Source: Candidatus Micrarchaeia archaeon (lineage in GTDB: Archaea; Micrarchaeota; Micrarchaeia; Burarchaeales; JACRGF01). Taken from it: DNA of 64,000 bases. Below, in pieces: positions 36,079-45,442 of the stretch. A program made the translations under genes and the position numbers. The stretch's first letter is position 1, and each line of letters begins with the position of its first letter. The notes below the pieces were generated by a model. That model was given only the letters and a program-made list of their open reading frames with translations. It had not been told where the DNA came from and searched no databases. The stretch is from contig JAWCPB010000002.1 of assembly GCA_038870455.1 (NCBI GenBank), forward strand, positions 2,247-66,246, in the 5' to 3' direction.

Positions 36079-38253
36079 TCACTCACTTCGAAATGCATGC
36101 ATGAATCCATTGTCGTAAATCCTGTCGAGGCCTGGAAGGTCCCTGCTCTCGTGCAGGTCGTCGAGCACGAGCAGGGTGATGTTGTATGCCGCCAGGGGGC
36201 TTATATTCTTTTGCTCGTAGTAATCGGTGGCGGCCCGCCACTTCGCGTAGTCAGCCCACTCGACGTACAGGTCCGCCAGCACAGGCCTCTTGCCGTGGTA
36301 CGCCGCGAGGTGGCCGAAATAAGGATTGATGGCAACACGCTCATTGCCTGTCGTGTATCGCGCGATGTATCTCATGGGCTGGAGGCAGTAATCATTGGCC
36401 TGTCCCCACGTGCACCACCACTTTGTTCCTGAGCTGATGAGCGGCGTGGTGAGGTAGTTCGCGGCGACTATGGCGAGCACGAGCGCGAGCAGGCCGGGCG
36501 TCATGATTCTGCGCAGGATGAGGGGCACGCCCGTGGCGATTGCGAAAGCAAACAGCAGGTTCGCCCTGAACGAGATGAACGCGTTCGCGTAGAAGAAGAG
36601 GAGTATGGCGAGCGCGGGAAGAAAAACACCCCTCCACAACCCGTAAAGCGCCGCGATGAGCGCGAGCACGAGCACGAACTGGAAGTCGAACTGCAGGCCC
36701 TCGAGCCCGAAGGAAAGCAGATAGCCCCACCGCTGGGGGACGATCTCGCTCGGCAGCCCGTTCGCCAGAAAAATGGAGAGCAGGAACGGCGTTGACAGCA
36801 GGGCGGCTACTGCGAGCACAACCGCGCTCCTCCTCGCCCACTTCCAGTCGAACCGGTATTCCCTGCTCATGAAAGAAAAGAACGGAAACAGCACGAGCGA
36901 GGTCGGATGCGCGATGAGGGACAGCGCGAGCGCGCCAGCCGACAGCGCCGCGTTGCGCTCAAGCAGGAAAACGGCGATGTTGAGGAAACCGTAGGCGTAC
37001 AGGTGGAGGGTGATGCCTGTCGCGGTGTAGAGCGTCGCCCACTCCGAGAGGAACAGCGCGCTCGCGAGAATCCGCTCGTGCATCCTCCACCTTTCGAACA
37101 CCGCGTACAGCGTGAGGGCGAAAAAAGCGGCGACCAGGAGATTGAGCGGCAGCTGGATGTCCGCGATGTCGTGCGCGCCGGAGAGCCTCGCGGCTTGGGC
37201 GGCGAACTCCATGAAACCCGGCGGGTAGGTGAAGGGCCTTCCCAGGTAGCTGAGCTCGTCGAAGTAGTCCGTCGTGCCGCGCTGCAGCGCGGCCTGCGCC
37301 TGCCTGTAATAATAGGAGCCCCACACGTCCTCTTTCCCTACGAGCGCGGTGAGGATGGCGACATAGAGCGCGAACGCGGCGGCGAAGACAAACGCCTGCT
37401 TCAACAGGCTCGCCTGCCCGCCCGCGCCCGTTTTTGTTCCCCTCCTCCACTCCCATGCCACGACCGAAAGCGCGGCGCCCGCAGCCACCCACCCGAGCCC
37501 CCACCATGCGAGGCGGAAGTGTAGCGTCAGCACGGCCGCAAGGAAAATAAAGAACGCGAACGCTTTTTCAACCGGCTCCCGCCTGCTCACGAAAAGGAAA
37601 GCGAATGCCAGCGCTAAAACTGCAAGAAGCGCATAATCGTATTCTCCCGGCACAGTCACGGCAGCGCGCAGCACTTCCCTCTGCAGCAGTTCGACCCTCA
37701 CCTCCCTTCTTCCGGCCGCAACAGGATACACCCTCTCCTTCAAGGCAAAGCTTCCGTTGAGCCTGACGAGCGGCGTCGCAATCTCCCTGTCATCAACAAA
37801 AATCCGCGCGCGCTTCCACCCGTTCGTCCTACCCTCTCCGCTCACCTCAATGAAAATCGTCCCGTTCGCGGCGTACGCGTGCACTTCCCTCACGCTCACC
37901 CACTCGCCCGGCTCCCCCTCCGCCACGGCATAGTCAAAGCGCAGGAGGAGGCTTCCGCACTCCACCTCAACTCTCCCGCCGCATTCCTCATAGGAAACGT
38001 TGTTCTCCCCCTGCCTCAGCACCGCTTCCCTGCCGCACACCGAGCACTCCATGGGCCTTGATGCATACACCGTGAAGTTTCCGCCGCTCACCGCTTCTTT
38101 TCTCTCCAGCAGGAATATCTCCGGAGGGGGCTCGATTCCTGTGGCGAGGTTGAAGTAGATGGAGTGCATTTTCGTGAAGTGATAGGCCGCGAACGCCGCA
38201 AAGGACAGGAAGAGGATCGCCGCCAGGGCGAGAGCCTCGCGCTCTCTTTTCAT
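36079..38253 (-). CDS. Large polytopic membrane protein, putative GT-C-type glycosyltransferase (tentative)
   Basis: 724 aa. N-terminal TM, an approximately 200-aa extracytoplasmic domain, about 13 TM helices and a C-terminal soluble domain. Co-directional and contiguous with the two GT2 genes. No AglB WWDYG motif was seen. Confidence 0.35.
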   Translation of the reverse strand: MKREREALALAAILFLSFAAFAAYHFTKMHSIYFNLATGIEPPPEIFLLERKEAVSGGNFTVYASRPMECSVCGREAVLRQGENNVSYEECGGRVEVECGSLLLRFDYAVAEGEPGEWVSVREVHAYAANGTIFIEVSGEGRTNGWKRARIFVDDREIATPLVRLNGSFALKERVYPVAAGRREVRVELLQREVLRAAVTVPGEYDYALLAVLALAFAFLFVSRREPVEKAFAFFIFLAAVLTLHFRLAWWGLGWVAAGAALSVVAWEWRRGTKTGAGGQASLLKQAFVFAAAFALYVAILTALVGKEDVWGSYYYRQAQAALQRGTTDYFDELSYLGRPFTYPPGFMEFAAQAARLSGAHDIADIQLPLNLLVAAFFALTLYAVFERWRMHERILASALFLSEWATLYTATGITLHLYAYGFLNIAVFLLERNAALSAGALALSLIAHPTSLVLFPFFSFMSREYRFDWKWARRSAVVLAVAALLSTPFLLSIFLANGLPSEIVPQRWGYLLSFGLEGLQFDFQFVLVLALIAALYGLWRGVFLPALAILLFFYANAFISFRANLLFAFAIATGVPLILRRIMTPGLLALVLAIVAANYLTTPLISSGTKWWCTWGQANDYCLQPMRYIARYTTGNERVAINPYFGHLAAYHGKRPVLADLYVEWADYAKWRAATDYYEQKNISPLAAYNITLLVLDDLHESRDLPGLDRIYDNGFMHAFRSE

Positions 38254-39452
38254 GCCTTCTCCTCGCTCATGAACTCCCTCAGCAGGCTCGTGGCGTAGCA
38301 GCCGGCCGGGAGGGAAAAGCGGAACTCCACCATTCCCTTTCCTTCCTCGGCCGCAAACCCAGTGTAGGGCGCGAGAACCACCCTGCGCGCTCCTCGGCTG
38401 CTTGCCTCAGGCAGGGAGCGGATGCGGAAGTCGGCCGCGCCCACCCCCTCTTGCTCGAGAATGCTTTTCTCCCTTTCATTTGGCTTGGTGTCAAAGCCTA
38501 TCACCTTGCCCACGATGAACTTCCCCCTTGCGGATTTTTTTTCAATCTCCGGAAAGCCCATGCTCCCTTCCCCGCAAAAATATTCGCCTCCTTCCCTCCT
38601 CACCTCGCCCTCGCTTATTCTCTGGCTCAGCGCGAGGTTGAACAGCCAGGCCTGGTATGCGTGCACGAACATGAGCAGGAGCCCGCGGGGAAGCGCGCGC
38701 AGCGCGCCGGCCCAGTCCCTTGGGTTGGAGGCAAGCCTGTGCAGGAGGGCGCGCTCGTACTTGAGGTGGCGGGGAAAATAGGAGAGAGCGCGCGCGAAGT
38801 CATTCTCTGCTGAAAGCGTTTTCCTCGCTTCCCTCGCGGCCGCGTCCTCCTCCTCCCCCTGGAAGCACAGGTAGTTGAGCACAGCAGCGCGCAGATTCCC
38901 CTTCACGAGCTCCCTGCCGACCAGGTGCGTGTTGCCCCTGAGCGCGCCGAACCTCTGGGCGCCGAAATAGTTTGGGAACAGCCCGCCGAGCTCGTCGTCT
39001 ATCGCGCGGGTTTTTTCCAACGCGTTTTTCCCGGTTCCCCTTACGACGATGCGAAAGCGGTTTCCCAGCAGCTCGCCCACGCCCACTTTCTCCCCCTTCC
39101 ACGCCCCGAGTATGTCGATGTCCTTGAGCCGCATCCCAACCAGTTTTTCTGGCTCGACGCCCCACACGCTGCACAGCTGCGTGCTCACGGCCACCCTGTC
39201 CTTCGTGCCCGCGCACGAGAAGCGCCGTCTTCCCACACCAAGCCTCCTCGCCATCTCAGCCAGCGCCTGTTCGGTGTTCCAGTTTCTTTTCTGCAGCACG
39301 AAGCGCGTGAATTCCCCGGAGCCGTTTTTTTTCACGCGCTTTCCCTCTTCCAGCACCTTCCCTTCTCGCGTTATCTCCTCCACGACAAAGTCTTCCGGCG
39401 CTTCCTTAATCCTTCCCCCGATTCCAGGGGTTCTTGAGCGGAATGCCCACAC
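38250..39452 (-). CDS. truD: tRNA pseudouridine synthase D (TruD/Pus7 family)
   Basis: 400 aa. PEDFVVEE signature and FSCAGTKDRVAVSTQ (catalytic Asp in GTKD). Confidence 0.8.
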   Translation of the reverse strand: MWAFRSRTPGIGGRIKEAPEDFVVEEITREGKVLEEGKRVKKNGSGEFTRFVLQKRNWNTEQALAEMARRLGVGRRRFSCAGTKDRVAVSTQLCSVWGVEPEKLVGMRLKDIDILGAWKGEKVGVGELLGNRFRIVVRGTGKNALEKTRAIDDELGGLFPNYFGAQRFGALRGNTHLVGRELVKGNLRAAVLNYLCFQGEEEDAAAREARKTLSAENDFARALSYFPRHLKYERALLHRLASNPRDWAGALRALPRGLLLMFVHAYQAWLFNLALSQRISEGEVRREGGEYFCGEGSMGFPEIEKKSARGKFIVGKVIGFDTKPNEREKSILEQEGVGAADFRIRSLPEASSRGARRVVLAPYTGFAAEEGKGMVEFRFSLPAGCYATSLLREFMSEEKA

Positions 39453-39514
39453 GCGCTTCTTTTCTCGCGGGAGTATGAAAAAGCTTTTTATATCCCTCGC
39501 TGCAAGCGCTATGC

Positions 39515-40078
39515 GTGTGGGGGGTTACGCGCGAGCTGCTGGCGGAGAACAAGCTTTTCTTCCTGCGCCTCGTGCTTTCTGTCACTCTCTGTACGGGCGG
39601 CGTGCTCGTGCTCATAGCCTCGTGGTACGCCTCCTCTCAGATAGCCAACGCCTATCCCACCGAGCCCATCTCAGCCCTGCCCATTCCGCAGCTTGTCTAT
39701 AACGCCGCGCTGCCCGCCGGCTCCGGCCTCGGCCTCTTCCTGCTCGGGCTCATAGCCCGCTTCGCCACGAGGGGCTCCCTGCCATGGCTGGTCATGGCCG
39801 CCCTCGTGTGGGCTCTCAGCGGATACAACCTGTACTCCATCGGACTCTACCGCCCGCAGGCTCCCTTCAGCGAGTACCTCTCCCAGACCGTCACCTTCCT
39901 CCTGCTCGGCCTCGTGCTCTTCGGCGTGGCGGTGCTCGTGTCGTGGCACGGTGAGGTCGTCGCCCTCGTGGCCCGCCACCGTGCGAGGGAGAAGGAGGCT
40001 CCGCGCAGGAAGGAGGAGAAGCCGAAAGCCTCCGAACGCACGCCCGCGCACGCGCGTTCAGAAGAGGAAAACGAGTAA
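39515..40078 (+). CDS. Hypothetical membrane protein with basic/acidic C-terminal tail
   Basis: 187 aa with four predicted TM helices. Confidence 0.4.
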   Translation: MWGVTRELLAENKLFFLRLVLSVTLCTGGVLVLIASWYASSQIANAYPTEPISALPIPQLVYNAALPAGSGLGLFLLGLIARFATRGSLPWLVMAALVWALSGYNLYSIGLYRPQAPFSEYLSQTVTFLLLGLVLFGVAVLVSWHGEVVALVARHRAREKEAPRRKEEKPKASERTPAHARSEEENE

Positions 40079-40105
40079 ATAACTTGTTCTGCAGAACCAC
40101 TCCTC

Positions 40106-42142
40106 ATGGCCGTCCTGGTCATAACCGAAAAGCCGCGCGTGGCAGAGCGCATGGCGAGCGCGCTCGCCCAAGGCCCCATCCAGAGGAAGAGCCTTGGCGG
40201 GCTTTCCTACTACGTCTGCCGGAGGGGAGGGCAGGAGATCGTCATCGCCCCTGCGGTGGGCCACGTCTATGCGCTGAGGCAGGTCGCGAAGGGCAGCGGC
40301 TACCCCGTGTTCGACATAGAGTGGGCGCCCGCCTTTGAGGTGGAGAAGAAGGCCGCCTACACGAAAAGATACATCGCCCTGCTCTCCTCGCTCGCCAAGA
40401 AGGCAGACTCCTTTGTCGTGGCGTGCGATTATGACATAGAAGGCTCGCTCATCGGCTTTAACGTGCTGCGCTTCGCCTGCGGCACCCAGCAGGGAAGCCG
40501 CATGAAGTTCAGCGCGCTGACTCCCGATGACCTGGTGGCCGCTTGGGAGGGGCGCGGGCCGCTCGACTACCAGAACGCGTGGGCGGGCGAGGCGCGCCAC
40601 ATTCTCGACTGGCTTTGGGGAATCAACCTGTCGCGCGCGCTCATGCACGCCATGAGGAGCGCCGGCGTCTTCAAAGTGCTCAGCATCGGCCGCGTCCAGG
40701 GACCGGCGCTCGCCATCCTCGCAGCGCGCGAGAGGGAGATCGCAGCTTTCAAGCCCACTCCCTATTGGGAGGTGAGCGCGGTCATCAAGGACGTGCGCTT
40801 CCTGCACGAGCGAGGCCGTTTTATGAGTCTCGAGGAGGCCGAGGGCGCGCTTGAGAGAAGCGACCGCAGCGGGGCGATCACCTCAATCTCGAAAAAAGAG
40901 TTTTCCGTTCCGCCCGAGCCGCCGTTCGACCTCACTTCCCTGCAGCTCGCCGCCTATTCCGCATTCGGCTTCGCGCCCGCCCAGACGCTCGAGCTCGCCC
41001 AGTCGCTTTACGAGGCCTCGCTCATCTCCTACCCGCGCACGTCCTCGCAGAAGCTTCCGCCGAAGCTCAACCTCCAAAAAATAATGGGGGAGCTTGCCAA
41101 ACAACCGGCCTACTCCCGGCTCGCGGCCTCCCTCATTCAACAAAAGCGCTTCGTCCCGAGGGAGGGAAAGAAGAGCGACCCGGCTCACCCGGCAATCTAT
41201 CCCACCGGGCTGGCTCCGGGAAAGCTCGCCGAGCGCGAGGCCAGGCTGTACGACCTCATAGTCAAGCGTTTTCTCGCGTGCTTCGCAGAGCCTGCGGTGC
41301 GCGAGAGCCAGAGGATAACCGCGAGGCTGGGAAGCGAGTGCTTCAACGCGGCCGGCACGCGGACTGTTCAAGAGGGCTGGCTTGCGTTCTACGCGCCTTA
41401 CGCGAAGCTGGAGGAAGCTTCCTTGCCCGAGTTCAAGGAAGGCGAGGCCGTGCAGGCAGAGGGCGTTTCCCTTCAGGAGAAGGCCACGCAGCCGCCCAGG
41501 CGTTTCACTCCCGCGAGCATCATCGAGGTGCTCGAGAGGAGGAACCTGGGCACCAAGGCGACGCGCGCGGGCATCATCGAGACGCTGTACGCGCGTGGCT
41601 ACACTGAGGAAAAGAACATCCGCGTCACTCCGTTCGGCCTCGCCGTGGCGGACGCGCTTGCCAAGAACTGCCCGGAGATTCTCGACGAGAAGCTCACGCG
41701 CGGGCTCGAGGAGAAGATGAGCGCCATTCAGGAGGGGAAGGCGAGCGGGGAGGAGGTGATCGCCGAAGGCAAGTCGCTCCTGCGGCACATTCTCGTCGAG
41801 TTCAAGGCGCGTGAGGCCGACATCGGCAGGGAGCTCTTCGCCGCGCTCAAGCAGACCGAGGAGCAGCAGAGCCTGCTCGGTCCTTGCCTGGCGTGCAGGG
41901 CCGGCAGCCTGCGCGTGCTGCGCTCGCGGGCTGGAAAAATGTTCGTGGGCTGCTCGCGCTATCCCGCCTGCAGGAACGCTTATCCGCTTCCCCAGGGCGC
42001 GCGCATCAAGCCCCTCGGCAGGGCGTGCGAGCACTGCGGCACGCCGCTGATAAGGGTTTTCAGAAAGGGAAGGCGGCCTTTCGAGATGTGCCTCCTCCCG
42101 ACTTGCGAGAGCAAGCAGGGCTGGGGGAAGAAAAGCGAGTGA
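40106..42142 (+). CDS. DNA topoisomerase IA with C-terminal zinc ribbons
   Basis: 678 aa. TOPRIM (VLVITEKP...CDYDIEGSL). Topo IA core with ISYPRTSS-like catalytic-Tyr region. C-terminal CLACRAGSL...CSRYPACRN and CEHCGTPL...CLLPTC zinc ribbons. Confidence 0.85.
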   Translation: MAVLVITEKPRVAERMASALAQGPIQRKSLGGLSYYVCRRGGQEIVIAPAVGHVYALRQVAKGSGYPVFDIEWAPAFEVEKKAAYTKRYIALLSSLAKKADSFVVACDYDIEGSLIGFNVLRFACGTQQGSRMKFSALTPDDLVAAWEGRGPLDYQNAWAGEARHILDWLWGINLSRALMHAMRSAGVFKVLSIGRVQGPALAILAAREREIAAFKPTPYWEVSAVIKDVRFLHERGRFMSLEEAEGALERSDRSGAITSISKKEFSVPPEPPFDLTSLQLAAYSAFGFAPAQTLELAQSLYEASLISYPRTSSQKLPPKLNLQKIMGELAKQPAYSRLAASLIQQKRFVPREGKKSDPAHPAIYPTGLAPGKLAEREARLYDLIVKRFLACFAEPAVRESQRITARLGSECFNAAGTRTVQEGWLAFYAPYAKLEEASLPEFKEGEAVQAEGVSLQEKATQPPRRFTPASIIEVLERRNLGTKATRAGIIETLYARGYTEEKNIRVTPFGLAVADALAKNCPEILDEKLTRGLEEKMSAIQEGKASGEEVIAEGKSLLRHILVEFKAREADIGRELFAALKQTEEQQSLLGPCLACRAGSLRVLRSRAGKMFVGCSRYPACRNAYPLPQGARIKPLGRACEHCGTPLIRVFRKGRRPFEMCLLPTCESKQGWGKKSE

Positions 42143-42168
42143 ATGGGATGGTGTACAAGCGCATCAGA

Positions 42169-43401
42169 AGTTTTTTCCTCAGCGGCTTCTTTGTCGCTAA
42201 CGCCATCGCCCTGACCGGCACGGCCGCGTTCATGTTCCTCTCCTACCTCTATCACTTCGCTATGGTGAGGCTGCTCGAGCCGGCGACTTACGGCGAGCTC
42301 AGCGTGCTCGTGGGCGTCATATCCATTCTCCTCATGCCCGCCCAGACCATTCAGACGGTCTTCGCGCGCGAGGTGGCAAAGCTGGACGCCCAGAGGAGGT
42401 TCGCTGAAGGCTTTGCCGTGGCGCGCGCGCACATGCGTGATGTTTTTGTGTGGGGCGCCGCTGCCGCGCTCGCCGGCATCATCCTTTTGGAGCTCGCCAA
42501 GCCTTTTTTCGCGAGCGGCTTCGTTTTTTTCCTTCAGCTCATCCTGCTATTCGTTCCCGTGTGGTACGCGCTGTACGTGGCGCGAGGCTTTCTGCAGGGA
42601 AAGGAGTGGGTGCTGGCCGTCTCGTCGGTCCTGGTAGCCGAGCCCTTCCTCAAGGTGCTGCTTGCCGTCGTGTTCGTGTGGCTCGGCTGGGGGCTGTTGG
42701 GCGCGCTCGTGCCCATCGAGCTCGCGGCGCTCATCCTGCTGCTTCCGCTCGCCTGGTACTTTCTCGCCAGCCATCCGCGCGCCAAGCCCGTTCCCATCCG
42801 CTTCGGGCCTTCCTTCAAGCCCGTGCTCGCCACGAACGTCCTGCTCATGAGCCTGCTCTACCTCGACCTCTTCGCGGTCGCCTTTTTCAGGGGAAGCGCC
42901 GATGCCGGCTACTATAACGTGGCCGGCATCACCTCGCGCATCCTCTATTTCGTGGCCGGCGGCCTTCTTCTCGTATTCCTGCCCAAGTCCAGCAAGCTCG
43001 GCCTTGGCCAGGCCCGCGAGCTCGGCTGGCTCCTGCTCAAGACGCTGGCCTTCCTCGTCCCGGCCTTTCTCGTGTTCATTCTCTTCCCGCAGGAGTTCAT
43101 TTTCCTCTTTTACACCCCCAAGTACCACCCCGCCGTGCTTCCGTTCGTCATTCTGTCGGTGGGCCTCTTCCTTTTCTCCTCTTTCTATCTCGTGCTCAAC
43201 CTCCTGTGGAGCCAGCACAGGGAACGCTTCGCTCTTCTCCTGAGCGCCGCCGCCCTGCTCATCGACGCGCTGCTCCTCGGCCTGCTCGTTCCCCCGCTCG
43301 GCATGGCCGGCGCAGCCCTCTCGACAACCATAGCCAGCGCCCTGCTCTTCGTTTCCGGCGCGCTGTATCTCGCCGGCCACCTCAGGCAAGGAAAAAACTA
43401 A
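42169..43401 (+). CDS. MOP-superfamily flippase (Wzx/RfbX-like polysaccharide biosynthesis protein)
   Basis: About 410 aa from the internal ATG. 12 or more TM helices and a YYNVAGITSRILYF-like motif. The ORF-track start 41884 overlaps the topoisomerase. Confidence 0.6.
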   Translation, partial: SFFLSGFFVANAIALTGTAAFMFLSYLYHFAMVRLLEPATYGELSVLVGVISILLMPAQTIQTVFAREVAKLDAQRRFAEGFAVARAHMRDVFVWGAAAALAGIILLELAKPFFASGFVFFLQLILLFVPVWYALYVARGFLQGKEWVLAVSSVLVAEPFLKVLLAVVFVWLGWGLLGALVPIELAALILLLPLAWYFLASHPRAKPVPIRFGPSFKPVLATNVLLMSLLYLDLFAVAFFRGSADAGYYNVAGITSRILYFVAGGLLLVFLPKSSKLGLGQARELGWLLLKTLAFLVPAFLVFILFPQEFIFLFYTPKYHPAVLPFVILSVGLFLFSSFYLVLNLLWSQHRERFALLLSAAALLIDALLLGLLVPPLGMAGAALSTTIASALLFVSGALYLAGHLRQGKN

Positions 43402-43426
43402 TTAATCCCCCGCCCGATACTCACGC

Positions 43427-44278
43427 ATGGCAGAGCTCTTCCTCGCCTTTTCGAACGCGAAGGACCTGCTCCCTCGCGCGAAGTCCATAGACTTCAAGCT
43501 CTTCCCGGACGGCGAGAGTTACGTGCGCATTCCGGTAAAGGTTTCTGGGAGGGATGTTCTTCTTGCAGAACGCTGCTGGCCCGAGCAGGACGCCGCCCTC
43601 ATCCGCCTTCTCCTCGCCCTTTCGCAGCTCAAGGCGATGGGCGCGCGCCGCATCCGCTGCCTCGTTCCCTATCTTCCTTACGCCAGACAGGACAAGCGTT
43701 TTCTCGAAGGAGAGGCGCTGAGCGCGCAGACGATCTGCAGGCTCCTCAGGCTCGCCGGCTGCAGCGAGCTCGTCACGTTCGACTGCCACTTCCTGAAAAA
43801 AGAGGGGACGTTCGCCTTTGCGGGCCTGCGCATCCGAAACATCTCGCTCGCCAAGCCCCTGCTCGCCCTTTTGAGGAGGAAGGCGGGCAGGCCGGTTGTC
43901 ATCTCGCCTGACGTGGGCGCGTCCTACATGGTCGAGGAGGAAAAAGAAAAGAGCGTGATGGAAAAAGTTAGAGGGGGCTACACGAAAGGGAGGCTGGCCT
44001 ACAGGCGGATCGCGCGCATGGAGGCAAAGTCTGATGTGCGCGGGCGCGACGTCATCCTCATCGACGACATGGTAAGCACGGGCAGCACGATGGTCAAGGC
44101 CGTGCGGGCGCTCAGGAAAGCCGGCGCCGGGCGCGTGCTCTGCGCAGCCTCGCACGGGCTGTTTTTGGGCGGCTCGCTGCGCAGGCTGCGCGCGGCGGGC
44201 GCGGCCGAGGTTGTCGTCAGCGACAGCATCCCGGGCCCTGCGGCGCGGCTGCGCCTGCGGGAGGTGTGGTCTCCATGA
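43427..44278 (+). CDS. prs: Ribose-phosphate pyrophosphokinase
   Basis: 283 aa. KLFPDGESYVRI..., VPYLPYARQDKR, VILIDDMVSTGSTM PRPP-binding loop. Confidence 0.85.
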   Translation: MAELFLAFSNAKDLLPRAKSIDFKLFPDGESYVRIPVKVSGRDVLLAERCWPEQDAALIRLLLALSQLKAMGARRIRCLVPYLPYARQDKRFLEGEALSAQTICRLLRLAGCSELVTFDCHFLKKEGTFAFAGLRIRNISLAKPLLALLRRKAGRPVVISPDVGASYMVEEEKEKSVMEKVRGGYTKGRLAYRRIARMEAKSDVRGRDVILIDDMVSTGSTMVKAVRALRKAGAGRVLCAASHGLFLGGSLRRLRAAGAAEVVVSDSIPGPAARLRLREVWSP

Positions 44279-44856
44279 CAATACATGCCAAGGTAGATGG
44301 GCTCATCCAGAAGATTTCAGAGAAATGCAGGAGGATCAGCGCGGAGAGCATGGAGGAGTTCGTCGCGGCGGTCGTCGGCGCGAAACGCGTTTTCGTCATG
44401 GGCATGGGCAGGAGCGGGCTCGTGGCGCGTGCTTTCGCCATGCGCCTCATGCACCTGCGCCTCACCGTCTTCGTGGTTGGCGAGACGACCACGCCCGCAA
44501 TTGGAAAAGGCGACCTGCTGGTCGTTGTCAGTGGCTCGGGCAGCACCAGCAGCGTGGTGGCGATAGCGAAGAAGGCCAGGGAGCTTGGGGCGCGTATCGC
44601 CTCCCTAACCTCCTACCCGGATTCTGCGGTGGGCAGGCTGAGCGATGTCATTGTGAAGATAGAGGGCAGGCTTCCCGAAAAACGGCACGACTATCCCTCG
44701 CGCCAGCTTGCGGGCGAGCACGAGCCGCTCACTCCCATGGGCACGCTGTTCGAGCTGGCGGCAATGGTTTTCCTGGACACCGTCGTAGAGGAGCTCATGC
44801 TCAGGCTGGGAAGAAGCGAGGAGGAAATGAGGCGGACGCACACCCAGCTCGAGTGA
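44266..44856 (+). CDS. SIS-domain protein, probable 6-phospho-3-hexuloisomerase
   Basis: 196 aa. RVFVMGMGRSGLVARAFAMRLMHL...LLVVVSGSGSTSS SIS motifs. Size and layout match PHI. Confidence 0.55.
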   Translation: MVSMTIHAKVDGLIQKISEKCRRISAESMEEFVAAVVGAKRVFVMGMGRSGLVARAFAMRLMHLRLTVFVVGETTTPAIGKGDLLVVVSGSGSTSSVVAIAKKARELGARIASLTSYPDSAVGRLSDVIVKIEGRLPEKRHDYPSRQLAGEHEPLTPMGTLFELAAMVFLDTVVEELMLRLGRSEEEMRRTHTQLE

Positions 44857-44859
44857 AAG

Positions 44860-45423
44860 GTGCTTCTCTTGCTCGAGCAGTTTGCGGTTGTTTTCCTCAC
44901 GGTCGCTCTCGCGGAGTTCGGGGACAAGACGCAGCTCGCCGCGCTCGCGCTCGCGGCAAAATACAGGAAGCCCCTTCAAATCGCAGCGGGCTCCGCGCTC
45001 GCTTTTCTTGCCGCAACCGCGCTCGCCGTCGCGATAGGCGGGAGCTGGGGCGCCAACCTGCCAGCGCACATCATCAAAAGCGTTTCGGGCCTCGCGTTCA
45101 TCGCCTTCGGCGTTCATTCCCTGCTGAGCAGGGAGAGGGAGGAGAGGGCAAGCGTTCATGCGGGCGGGAGCGCTTTCCTCGCCTCGCTCTTCCTGATCTT
45201 CACCATGGAGATCGGCGACAAGACGAACATCGCCAACATTTTCTTCGCCTCGCTCTACAATCCCATCGTTGTTCTCGCTGCTGCGCTCACCGCGGAAGTC
45301 TTCCTCACGCTGCTCGCCGTCTTCCTCGCTCACGCTCTCTCCAAGAAAATCAGCCGCGAAAAGACGCGCGTCGCATCCGCGCTTCTCTTCATTCTCATCG
45401 GAGCCGCCGTGCTTATCTTCTAG
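44860..45423 (+). CDS. UPF0016/GDT1-family cation (Ca2+/Mn2+) transporter
   Basis: 187 aa. Two E-x-G-D-K-T motifs (LAEFGDKTQLA, MEIGDKTNIA) at the start of each three-TM repeat. Confidence 0.75.
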   Translation: MLLLLEQFAVVFLTVALAEFGDKTQLAALALAAKYRKPLQIAAGSALAFLAATALAVAIGGSWGANLPAHIIKSVSGLAFIAFGVHSLLSREREERASVHAGGSAFLASLFLIFTMEIGDKTNIANIFFASLYNPIVVLAAALTAEVFLTLLAVFLAHALSKKISREKTRVASALLFILIGAAVLIF

Positions 45424-45442
45424 CCGAACTCGCTGCGCGCGC

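Noticed and set aside
40883-42034. 383-aa minus-strand ORF across topoisomerase IA
   Set aside because: Antisense to the topoisomerase.
42547-43389. 280-aa Glu/Arg/Gly-rich minus-strand ORF across the flippase
   Set aside because: Antisense. Compositionally aberrant.
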